NCBI GenBank assembly: GCA_040954595.2
Contig: CM082581.2
Coordinates: forward strand, 2,534,699 to 2,598,698
Direction: 5' to 3'
DNA length: 64,000 bases
DNA from: Balanoglossus misakiensis
Taxonomy: Eukaryota > Animalia > Hemichordata
Shown: positions 13,287 to 24,610 of the stretch, piece after piece
Position numbering within the stretch: the stretch's first letter is position 1
How the letters are laid out: every line of letters starts with the position of its first letter
The notes under the pieces: model-generated
Told to the model about the DNA's origin: nothing
Seen by the model: only the letters and a program-made list of their open reading frames with translations
Database searches by the model: none
Translations under genes and position numbers: made by a program

Positions 13287-13481
13287 CTGGGGATGAACTT
13301 CCAACAGTTGATTTGAGAGGATATGAGGTCATACTGGAGGTAGATGCTGTAAACATGGTAACTGTTAATGCGGGTTTCAGTGGCTGTGTTGTGGTAGTTG
13401 TTGTAGACACTGGAGTGGTTGCTATGGTTGTAGGTTTCACCATGGCAACCTCTTTTGTATCACCACTGGACACCGATTTTT
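13287..13481 (-). CDS. Thr/Ser-rich mucin-like exon (EKSVSSGDTKEVAMVKPTTIATTPVSTTTTTTQPLKP...SSSP)
   Basis: tttcag acceptor, gtaaag donor, 195 bp, phase 1-1. Confidence 0.75.
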
Positions 13482-14000
13482 CTGAAACACAAAAATGGAG
13501 GATTATACAGTTGATGTGAAATTCTGATGTGGAATCACACAATGTCACTAAACTTGCCTTGAACCTGTACCAGTGTTTCATCTAGGATGTAACCAAGGAA
13601 ATTGATTGCCCACCTACCAACAATTTTCAGGAGGATGTGTAATTAATTGGCCAGGCATTGACATGATGGGGAATAATAGGCTTGCTTGTGAAAGTACTGC
13701 AACAGAATACACTGCATCACTCGCGACAATAACTTCCTTAAGCCTCAGATCGTGTGCAGAGGTCATGAAGTTCTGTCATATTTAGTATTAGCCAACCAGG
13801 AGCGCATAACAATACGTGATGTGTAATAAATATTACAACCATTTTATGGAAGTACCAATTTAGAGTAATGAAAATCTTAACAAACCACAAAATGATGAAT
13901 TGGTTGTAAATGGCCACGTAAACAAGTTATATATTTGACCTGTGAACTTTAGAATCTGGATGGTATGATTGCAAATATTTGCATAGCAACAGATACCTAC

Positions 14001-14149
14001 CTGCAAGTTGATAACCTTTGAGAAGTATCATGTGGTGTGGATCAGCCGCATAATCCTTCATAGGTACCATCTGTATTTCACGCTTTGTCGCTAAGTTTTT
14101 GGAGTTCAGGCCGTTTGCGGGGTGATATGATTGAGGAATGGACTCCTCT
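14001..14149 (-). CDS. Exon EESIPQSYHPANGLNSKNLATKREIQMVPMKDYAADPHHMILLKGYQLA; duplicate at 17425-17573
   Basis: tgacag acceptor, gtaggt donor, 149 bp. Frame is open in both copies. Confidence 0.65.
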
Positions 14150-14462
14150 CTGTCAAAATACAACATTTGCTAAGAATCAAATGTGGCATGCACATGTCAA
14201 GTCGTTACTGATGCAACAAAAACAATTCAAAATTCAAAACAAAGAGTTTTTGAGACTTGAGTTGTTGTCATCATTTTGAAGACAATCAAAACATTGAGCA
14301 TTCCTCATCTTTACTGAAAATTTAGTTGCCCTCAGCAAATATACAAGTTCAATTTAATAATCTCATACATACTAGAAAATGTTCCCAAAGCGATGCATTT
14401 AGATGTAAAACACATGTCAATCAATCAAAGTTAATTATAAAACCAGAATTCCTGTTAAATGG

Positions 14463-14869
14463 CAGTGTACGAAATAAAGCCTGTCCGACAGTCAAAGACT
14501 GGCTGTTTTTCTGTCGGACTGGTAAATATAAAATGTTACCAGTCCGACAGACAGGTTGAATTTAGCGTGGGAGTTAACCAGTGGTATCATATGGCATCTT
14601 TTAGACTTTCCCCAGTTCATGTATTGCAAATAAAAGAAACGATGATGTAAAAGCACGAAAATTATTCAATCAAAGTAATGTACAGAGAAAGATGATTCCA
14701 TCCCATCTTCAATTGTTCACAGATGAGGTAATAGCTTCTCAGTTGTATTTGATTACATTTAATTGTAATGCATAATATCAGGACTGGTAAGTTTTTGGCA
14801 GGACTGGCAACTTTTTGAAGTTGCCAGTCCTAGTGACTGGTTGATATTTTCTACGAATTTCGAACACTG
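14463..14869. mobile_element. MITE with 7-bp TSD (P-element-like)
   Basis: TAAATGG|CAGTGTACGAAAT ... ATTTCGAACACTG|TAAATGG. Absent from the paralogous site near 17890. Confidence 0.8.
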
Positions 14870-16148
14870 TAAATGGGGCTTAATGAAATTGGTCCGCACA
14901 GTAAGCTAGTTTGAAAAGATGTTTTGTTTTCATCTTCCCTTGTCAGATTGATATGACTATTGTTATTAGGCAGTGTTGTATGAAATGTTTTACATCGCTT
15001 ACCTTACCCAACATGGCAGTCAATTGATCTGCAGTCAATCCACTGTAATTAATACTATCTTGACTTGGCAAGGGATGTGGAGGAGAGTTGCAGATCAATA
15101 TACAATGTTTCTGTTCTTGTGTGCTGTATGCAAAGAGAAGAGAAAAACAATATTTCGTTAACCCTTCCACCCCAATTTCCTCTTCAGAGGTCCAACCTTA
15201 ACATAGAAAACAATGCTGTTGGACTGAACCATAGTGATGATCAGGGTAATGTAACCAGGGTTCCCCAGTCATTTTACTAGCATTCCTCATGGTACCATCA
15301 TTGCAGTCATATTAATGGTAAGACAGGTGTTACATGGGGTTCCAAATTCACTTATTCATGCTCCCCAACAATAGCCAAAATACTGTGTTATCCAAATTCT
15401 TATTTCCCACCTGTTACAACTTACAAAGTATCTGTCGCAGTTATTTTATGCTCTTTTAGTATTTAGGATCTATTATGGATGATATAATCACCTCTGAACA
15501 TATATAGACTAGATTGCATGTAAAGCTCAACAGAATAATATTGAAGGTCAGAATGCTTTTGATGAGGAAACAATACACCAACTGCGAGATTATATCTTCT
15601 TTGGAGAATTCAATCATTTCATGTTTGTCAAGATACTTTGCAACTGGTGTATTGTTCTCTCATCAAAAGCATTCTGACCTTCAATATTACCGGACTGTAA
15701 AACAGATTATTTTCATGAAAGGAAATTTTTCGCGACATTAAAAGACCAAACTGTTACGCGAGGATTAATTTTCACATTCTCGTATTTCATTGCATCTTTA
15801 TCTCCGAAAAACATTTTACGCGACTTTTTATTTTCATGTTTGTTGGTTCTCGCATATTTCGCGAAAAATTTATTGCTCGCAAAAACAACCTGTTTTTTTG
15901 TGGTATGGTAATTTAACAGTAAAACACAGGTGCAAGCTTTCTCTTATTGTGAGTATGGCAGAGAAAGTTTTTGACTGCTGTCAAATTCTCTGGCAAACAC
16001 TGAAGGATTATGGAACTGAAAATGTTGGTAATACAGTGAAACCTGTCAGTAAGACATCTCTCTAATCAGTACACCACTCTATTAAGGAAAGATTGTTCAA
16101 GACAGAAGTGATGGTTTGAATAAAATATTACATGCACATTTCTATTAA

Positions 16149-16392
16149 AGGGACAAAGTCTCTCTCTCGCTGCCCTTTTTTTCCATTATGTTTGATACAA
16201 GAGACATTTTATATTAATGTACATATGTATATGTAGTGAATGAATGTTCAACCATACACAATTTCCATCCCGCTTGAATGATATGAGCATAAGAACTCGC
16301 CCAAAATGAATAAATGATAGAGACCGATTGTTCATATTGGTGAGGTTTTTTTCACTCTCGTGGCTACAAGCAGGGTGGAAGTTGTGTGTGGT
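16149..16392 (+). mobile_element. Truncated AGGGACAAAG Kolobok-like MITE at the duplication junction
   Basis: TTAA|AGGGACAAAGTCTCTCTCTCGCTGCCC..., cut at GTGTGTGGT|CATGACACTG. Confidence 0.8.
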
Positions 16393-19119
16393 CATGACAC
16401 TGGTGTATTATACCATTGATGGAGAATATGAAAAGGGGAACTTGAATATTTTTTCCTCCGGTTTTGGCAATGTATAATCGAACTCATGGTAAATGACTGC
16501 CATGGCAACATAACATATATGACAGTCAACTATGTGTTTGTGGCAACCTCTATGTAGTGGCAACTTTGTTTCATTTCATGTACATGTACATTGCACATTT
16601 ATTGACCTGTCTATAGAAGCAACCTGTCTATAAATGTCAGTTTTGGAAGTCCCTTGACTGGCCAGTATAGACAGGTTTGACTGTACCTACCTCTTTGTGG
16701 CTGTGAATCTGTACCTGGCCATCTCTGCTGTGGCTGTGAGTTGATAGAATTCACAGCAGCAATTGGTGGTGCCTTACTGAACTGACTAGCATTTGCCATT
16801 TGCATGACACCCTCTGTGGCTTTCAGTGCAGCAGCTGGTGCATGCTGGGAAGTCATCTTTGGTGGTGAAGTTGCCTGTCCAAAAAGAGTAACAAACCTAG
16901 TTAATATGAAGCATTATCAAGGCCAGTATTCAAAACCCCATTTTCAATTCATGACTTCAATTTTTGATTCGATGTTGAGCTTGCAACTCTCAAAGTCCTA
17001 TTTTCAACACACATACCCACATTAGAGCTTATCAACATTAATCTCATTAAAAATTGAAATTGATCACTGAGTCTCTGGGGAATAATAGGCTTGCTTGTGA
17101 AAGTACTGCGACAGAATACACTGCATCACTCACGACAATAACTTCCATAAGCCTCAGATCGTGTGCATAGGTCATGAATTTCTGTCATATTTAGTATTAG
17201 CCAACCAGGAGTGCATAACAATACGTGATGTGTAATAAATATTAATAAATATATTACAACCATTTTATTGAAGTACCAATTTAGAGTAATGAAAATCTTA
17301 ACAAACCACAAAATGATGAATTGGTTGTAAATGACCACGTAAACAAGTTATATATTTGACCAGTGAACTTTAGAATCTAGATCATGGTATGATTGCAAAT
17401 ATTTGCGTAGCAACAGATACCTACCTGCAAGTTGATAACCTTTGAGAAGTATCATGTGGTGTGGATCAGCCGCATTATCCTTCATAGGTACCATCTGTAT
17501 TTCACGCTTTGTCACTAAGTTTTTGGAGTTCAGGCCGTTTGCGAGGTGATATGATTGAGGAATGGACTCCTCTCTGTCAAAATACAACATTTGCTAAGAA
17601 TCGAAATTTGGCATTCACATGTGAAGTCGTTAATGATGCGACAACTACAATTCAAACTTTAAAACAGAAGAGTTTTTGAGACTTGAGTTGTTGTCATCTT
17701 TTTGAAGACAATCCGAACATTGGGCATTCCTCATCTTTACTGAAAATTTAGTTGCCCCAGCAAATATACAAGTTCAATTTAATAATCACATACATACTAG
17801 AAAATGTTCCCAAAACGATGCATTTAGATGTAAAACACATTTCAATCAATCAAAGTTTATTATAAAACCAGATTCCAAGAAAATACAGCTGTTCAAAGGG
17901 GCTTAGTGTTTTTTTTCATCTTCCCTTGTCAGGTTGATATGACTATTGTTAGTATGCAGTGTTGTATGAAATGTTTTACATCGCTTACTTACCTCACCCA
18001 ACATGGCAGCCAATTGTTCTGCAGTAAATCCACTGTAATTAATACTATCTTGACTTGGCAAGGGATATGGAGGAGAGTTCAGATCAATATACAATGTTTC
18101 TGTGTTGGTGTGCTGTATACAAAGAGAAGATAAAACAATATTTTGTTATTGGCAGTATTGTCAGTCAGTGTTTTTTTTAACCCTTCCACCCCAATTTCCT
18201 GCAGTTGGACTGAACCATTGTGGTGATCAGGGTAATGTAACCAGGGTTCCCCAGTCATTTTACTAGCATTCCTCATGGTACCATAAATGCAGTCATATTA
18301 ATGGTAAGACAGGTGTTACATGGGGTTTCAAAATCACTTATTGCTCCACCCCCCCCCCCCCAACAATAGCCAAAATACTGTCAGTGTTATCCAAATTCTT
18401 ATTCCACACCTGTTACAACTAACAAGGTATCTGTCGCAGTCATTTATGCTCTTTTAGTATCCAGGATCTATTGTCGATGATATAATCATCTCTGATCAGA
18501 CTAGATTACATGTATAGCTCAACAGAATAATATTGAAGGTCAGAATGCTTTTGATGAGGAAACAAAACACCAACTGCGAGATTATATCTTCTTCAGAAAA
18601 TACCATCATTTTTATGTTAGTCAAGATACTTTGCAACTGGTGTATTGTTCTCTCATCAAAAGCATTCTGACCTTCAATATTACTGTAAAACGGATTATTT
18701 TCGTTACAGGAAATGTTCTCGATATTAAAAGAGGCAACTGTTATGCGAGGATAAATTTTCATGTTCTTGTATTTCATTGCATCTTTATCTCCGAAAAACA
18801 TTTTACGCAACTTTTTCTTTTCACATTTTGTTGGCTCTCGCCTATTTCGCAAAAATTAATTGCTTGCGAAAATAACCCGTTTTACACACAGGTGCAAGCT
18901 TTCTCTTATTGTGAGTATGGCAGAGAAAGTTTTGGCTGCTGTCAAAATTTTCTGACAAAGACATCCAGAAGGATTATGAAACTGAAAATGTTGATAATAC
19001 AGTGAAACCTGTCAATTAATACAGACATCTCTCTAATCAGGACACCTCTCTATTAAGGAAAGATTGTTCAAGACAAGAGTAATGGTTTGAATAGAATATT
19101 ACATGCACATTTCTGTTAA

Positions 19120-20045
19120 AGGGACAAAGTCTCTCTCTCGCTGCCCTTTTTAGGTCCCATTGGTATATGCCTATATACCATGGGACCTTATGGGATTGGT
19201 TGCGTCTGTATGTATGTATGTATGTATGGATGGATGTATGGATTTATGGATGTATGTCCGTCCACATCAAAACTTGAAAACCACTGTGTGTATCACCTTG
19301 ATATTTGGTGTGCAGATGCAGGCTGGGCTGTAGATGGGAGTTTGTTCAAATGAAGTTTTCGTTGCCAAAAATATGCAAATTAGCTGGAAAAATGTGAATT
19401 TAGTCAAAACTTAGTAACTCAAGAACTACTGGTCAGATTGCTTTGCGAAGTGGTGTGTATTTACTTTATTGAGTTGTTTATATACACAGGAAATTCCTGA
19501 ATGATTACATAACTGGCTAAGTTTTAAAGAGGCCAGCTGTTCTATTTAGTGTATGTATAGTACATATGCCATTGGCAGCTTATGGGTCACCGGTCAGTCA
19601 GTGTTTGCCCATTGATCTCTTGCTATGTGTGTGTGTGTGTGTGTGTGTCTGTCAGTATATCGCCATGTACTCCGGTGTAGACTTTTTCTTGTGTATTCCC
19701 TCAATGGGACCACTGTGTCCTTGACGCGATTTTTTCCATTATGTTTGATACAAGAGACATTTTATATTAATGTACATGTGTATATGTAGTTAATGAACGT
19801 TCAACCATACACAATTTCCATCCCACTTGAATGATATGAGCATAAAAACTCGCATAAAATGAATAAATGATAGAGACCGATTATTGGCGTGTGTTTTTTA
19901 TCACTCTGGTGGCTACAAGCAGGGTTGAAGTTGTGTGTGGTGAAACATTGATTCACTATATATCCACATGTAGAATAACAGAAATGGTGCCCTGTAACAA
20001 ACCTAATTCATGGAAAAGGGGCAGCGAGAGAGAGAATTTGTCCCT
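19120..20045 (+). mobile_element. AGGGACAAAG Kolobok-like MITE interrupted by a HINE
   Basis: TTAA TSD at 19116-19119 and 20046-20049; long TIR. Confidence 0.85.
19152..19729 (+). mobile_element. HINE (Helentron non-autonomous) with (GTAT/GGAT)n microsatellite
   Basis: Inserted in a T-run; AGGTCCCA..TGGGACC 5' hairpin/subTIR; GGGACC repeated near the 3' end. Inverted partial copy at 30130-30328. Confidence 0.7.
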
Positions 20046-20529
20046 TTAAGGACACCTCTCTATTAAGGACACATTTTGTGGTCCCAGAGGTGTCCTTCCT
20101 AGGCAGGTTTCAATGTACTTCACATGTCAGTTGTACTCCACTGTCTGTATGGAATCATTTCCTGGTTGACATGGTGAACTTTACAAAAAACAGATAAACC
20201 ACCAAAAAAAGTCAGGGCCATATGTAGAGAATGATCTTGAAACTCAGAATTTTACCATAATTACCTTGAATATCGTAAACTCTTCATATCGTCAAATAAC
20301 TGCAATGCAACTACTTACTCAGACCTTAAGAAATCATACCATATTTCTCACCTGCTCCTGACAACAATCTGAAATACAACAACAATCATTTAACACAAGG
20401 TATATGTAAACAATGTCTACTCTGATTGTAGACAGATTTGATTAAACATTTTATGAAACATTTAAAGGTAGGAACCTCTAATAAAAGCAAGTGAGTCAAA
20501 AGTCAAAAAGAGTGACTTTGTCCCTTTAA

Positions 20530-20614
20530 CCCTTTCACCCCAAGTTCCTTCTATACAGGTCCAACCTTTTAATGGAAATCAATGGGTTTGGACTGAACCT
20601 TTGTTGTGAAAGGG
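20530..20614. mobile_element. 85-bp piggyBac-like mini element (older relatives at ~15162 and ~18181)
   Basis: TTAA|CCCTTTCAC ... GTGAAAGGG|TTAA. Confidence 0.7.
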
Positions 20615-22087
20615 TTAATGGGCTTCCATAATTAGTGTTCTTTAAAATTAGAGGGTTGTACTTAGGGGTCATTACACTAAATTTGGTGAGAACAATAGAA
20701 AGTGGCAAATACAGGCTCTGCATGTATGATAATAATGACAATTACCCTTCTGCTTTAGAATCATCACCATTAAGCTATATTGATTGTATCCGCATCAGTT
20801 TATCATCTTTTGCTATTGCATAACACGACTGTTGTGTATTCTTTGAATGGAGGCTGATTAAATCGGTGTGACACCCATTTAAAATAACACTAAATAACAC
20901 AAAACCACAATGTGTGCGCGCAAATATTTTGTCACAGTTGCGTGACATGCGCACAAAAAAATCCATTGAAAGATAACAGCGGGCGAGGCTATCTGGGGCG
21001 TCTTGTCAAGGTTGGCCGGTCAGGCGCCCTGTACACATGTACGCGTACGCGCGCTTGTATGCTGTAGCAGGATGCACAGTGATGTACGTGCGGTAACCTA
21101 GGCCACAAACTTGACACGTGTCGGGGATATAATTTATGCACACAGAAGCCATTAGATATAACAAAGCAAGTAGGGCTTCTGGGTCATTTTCCTTGATGAT
21201 ATAACACAAGAATTCCATACCTTGTCTGTACTAATATGTATCGGGGGGGGGGGGGGGGACCACTGTACACAGTCTCTTTCATGATGTTTATGTACTTTAT
21301 TCGCTACATTCTAAATGATATTTTTTGTGTTGGGCCATCTAGACATGAAGGGAGAACTCATTCAAGTATGTTTATCTGAAAGCCTGCTTGTCTATCGCTA
21401 TTTTGTTGCACGTAATTCAAATACAATTTCACGAAAAAAAATTGGCTCTTTGCGTGCACTGCGCGTAAAAAATAAAATATCAAACGCAAGCCCAGTAGAA
21501 ATTCCAAATTACCTATGATATGATTTCATAATAATTCTAAAGAAGCCAATCCCATTAACTTACAACTCAAATTTATAGAAATCAGCCATACAGTGTACAC
21601 TTTCTGAGAAATATAATTTTTTATCAAAATTGGTAAATATACCCCAAAATACAAGACATTGCCCCCACAAAACATTGACACTTTCATCATAGGTTTTGTA
21701 AATCATCATGACAACTCACCATGGAACCTTCAAATCAAATTTCAAAGCAATGGGGTAGAGGGTTCTGAGAAAGAGTTTTGACCAAAAATGGCAAAAATCA
21801 CCCCAAAAATATAAAATTGAATTCTACAAGTTGATTTGACAAACACACATCTCCAAATTTCAAAGCAATCTGACAAGTGGTTTTACAGGAAAAAAAATGA
21901 TCAAAAATGCAAAATTTGCACCAAAATTATAAATTTGCAAATTTTGCAGCAAATTTAAACAAAACTTTGATAACTCACATCACCTATATGAAGCCCCATA
22001 CTAAATTTCAAAGAAGTCAGATCATCAATTCCAGAAAAGTAGATTTTTTACCAAAAATGTGGAAAAAGACAAAAAAATACATAAATT

Positions 22088-24610
22088 AAAGCTGCAAGCA
22101 GCGTTGGGGGGGCACAAGCGGTTCCCATGGTGACCAGCAAATTCCACGGCTGTATCTGCTGGGAATACCGAGACATGGGAAAGTAGGTCAAAGGTCACCT
22201 GAGGTCACCCCAAATTTGGGCAAAAAAATTGGACCCCATACTAGTCTAGATCCAACAAAAAACCAGACCCCTAGCCCTATTGGTTCGCCTGCAATTAGGT
22301 ATGCACATAATTAATGAGGTCTTGTGTAAGACTCCATTATGTGCTCAATACCCATAAAAGCCAGGGCTCTAACTGCTCTGGATGCTGAGATATGGGAAAG
22401 TAGATCAAAGGTCACCCAAGGTCACCCAAAATTAGGGCATAAAATTTTGACCCCAGACTGGGCCATGTCCAACCAATACCAGACCTCTAGCCCTATTGGG
22501 TAGCATGGAATTAGATATGCAGAAATAGGTCAAAGGTCATTGCCAAAATTACCAAAATATTTGTGTCATGTCCTGGCAGCATTGGTACCCATGTCCACAA
22601 AATTCATGACTGTGGTGCTTTTACAAGAGGAGGTATGGGGAATATGCATATATAATTAGTTGTTTTAAAACTGGGTCAAAGGTCATGTGAAAATTGCTAC
22701 GAAAAATTGTGACAACTTCCGGTCATATGATGACTCATATCCAAAAAAAGAATTTCCGTGCTGTCAACATTTTGGCTACAAAACAGAATTTTCATTTTTC
22801 AATGGTTTTCCGAAAATCCAACATGGCCGCCATAATGATCGACCAATCACAGTGCGCTTCGCAAACTTGATAGACATAGGTTAGGTGACCACATATCCCA
22901 AATCCCGAGAATCGGTAACCGCTGGTTCTGGAGAAGAAGATTTTTAAAGTTTTAAGTATTTTTTAAGAAAAACAATTGTAGCAAAAAAACTTTATGTGTG
23001 ACGTCATGATTTCAATGGGGTAAAATGATGGACAGAAGGTAGGCTACCTGCACACCAAATTTGAACTCGATCGGCCTTGTAGTTTTTGAGAAGGACTCAT
23101 TTAACGGTTTTCAGGAAATCCAATATGGCCGCCAGGTCACATGACTAATTAAATATTCACGGGCCACTGCACGTCTACTCATTGGCCCCTATCACCCTAA
23201 CAAGTTTCAGCCCCCTAGGTGCTGCGGTTTTCCAGATCTACCTGGCCGAATTTCTCGGAAGAAGAAGAAGAAGAATAATTAAAGCTGCAAGCAGCGTTGG
23301 GGGGGCACAAGCGGTTCCCATGGTGACCAGCAAATTCCACGGCTGTATCTGCTGGGGATACCGAGACATGGGAAAGTAGGTCAAAGGTCACCTGAGGTCA
23401 CCCCAAATTTGGGCAAAAAAATTGGACCCCATACTAGTCTAGATCCAACAAAAAACCAGACCCCTAGCCCTATTGGTTCGCCTGCAATTAGGTATGCACA
23501 TAATTAATGAGGTCTTGTGTAAGACTCCATTATGTGCTCAATACCCATAAAAGCCAGGGCTCTAACTGCTCTGGATGCTGAGATATGGGAAAGTAGATCA
23601 AAGGTCACCCAAGGTCACCCAAAATTAGGGCATAAAATTTTGACCCCAGACTGGGCCATGTCCAACCAATACCAGACCTCTAGCCCTATTGGGTAGCATG
23701 GAATTAGATATGCAGAAATAGGTCAAAGGTCATTGCCAAAATTACCAAAATATTTGTGTCATGTCCTGGCAGCATTGGTACCCATGTCCACAAAATTCAT
23801 GAATGTGGTGCTTTTACAAGAGGAGGTATGGGGAATATGCATATATAATTAGTTGTTTTAAAACTGGGTCAAATGTCATGTGAAAATTGCCACGAAAAAT
23901 TGTGACAACTTCCGGTCATATGATGACTCATATCCAAAAAAAGAATTTCCGTGCTGTCAACATTTTGGCTACAAAACAGAATTTTCATTTTTCAATGGTT
24001 TTCCGAAAATCCAACATGGCCGCCATAATGATCGACCAATCACAGTGCGCTTCGCAAACTTGATAGACATAGGTTAGGTGACCACATATCCCAAATCCCG
24101 AGAATCGGTAACCGCTGGTTCTGGAGAAGAAGATTTTTAAAGTTTTAAGTATTTTTTAAGAAAAACAATTGTAGCAAAAAAACTTTATGTGTGACGTCAT
24201 GATTTCAATGGGGTAAAATGATGGACAGAAGGTAGGCTACCTGCACACCAAATTTGAACTCGATCGGCCTTGTAGTTTTTGAGAAGGACTCATTTAACGG
24301 TTTTCAGGAAATCCAATATGGTCGCCAGGTCACATGACTAATTAAATATTCACGGGCCACTGCACGTCTACTCATTGGCCCCTATCACCCTACCAAGTTT
24401 CAGCCCCCTAGGTGCTGCGGTTTTCCAGATCTACCTGGCCGAATTTCTCGGAAGAAGAAGAAGAAGAAGAATAATAATAATAATAAAGAAAAATTCCAAC
24501 AATAACAATGGGGGCACAAGCCGCCTGAGGGCGCTTGTGCCCCCAATAATAAAGAAAAATTCCAACAATAACAATGGGGGCACAAGCCGCCTGAGGGCGC
24601 TTGTGCCCCC
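22088..24610. mobile_element. Head-to-tail dimer (1193-bp period) of a HINE-like element with duplicated 66-bp terminal hairpin unit
   Basis: 22088-23280 and 23281-24478 are near-identical (identical ORFs at 22687 and 23880). (GAA)n(TAA)n tail; GGGGGCACAAGC subTIR; hairpin GGGGGCACAAGC..GCTTGTGCCCCC at 24510-24544 and 24576-24610. Confidence 0.85.

Larger units (their letters stand above)
1257..18075 (-). pseudogene. Multi-exon extracellular matrix gene (Ser/Thr/Pro/Gln-rich mucin-like exons followed by calcium-binding EGF exons; fibulin-like), probably disabled
   Basis: Series of AG..GT-bounded minus-strand exons, listed separately. There is an in-frame TGA in the last EGF exon and a phase mismatch after exon 12334-12595. 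The 5' end is not resolved; a candidate 17-nt microexon lies at 20352-20368. Confidence 0.65.
11414..19941 (+). repeat. Intragenic tandem duplication: copy 1 11414-16392, copy 2 16393-19941
   Basis: Blocks 11414-12120~16393-17075, 13668-14450~17077-17875 and 14920-16392~17905-19941 align; paired ORFs in the track. Confidence 0.9.
19000..20114. mobile_element. Tc1/mariner-type MITE hosting two nested insertions
   Basis: TA|CAGTGAAACCTG ... CAGGTTTCAATG|TA with internal GACACCTCTCTATTAAGG repeats. Confidence 0.75.
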
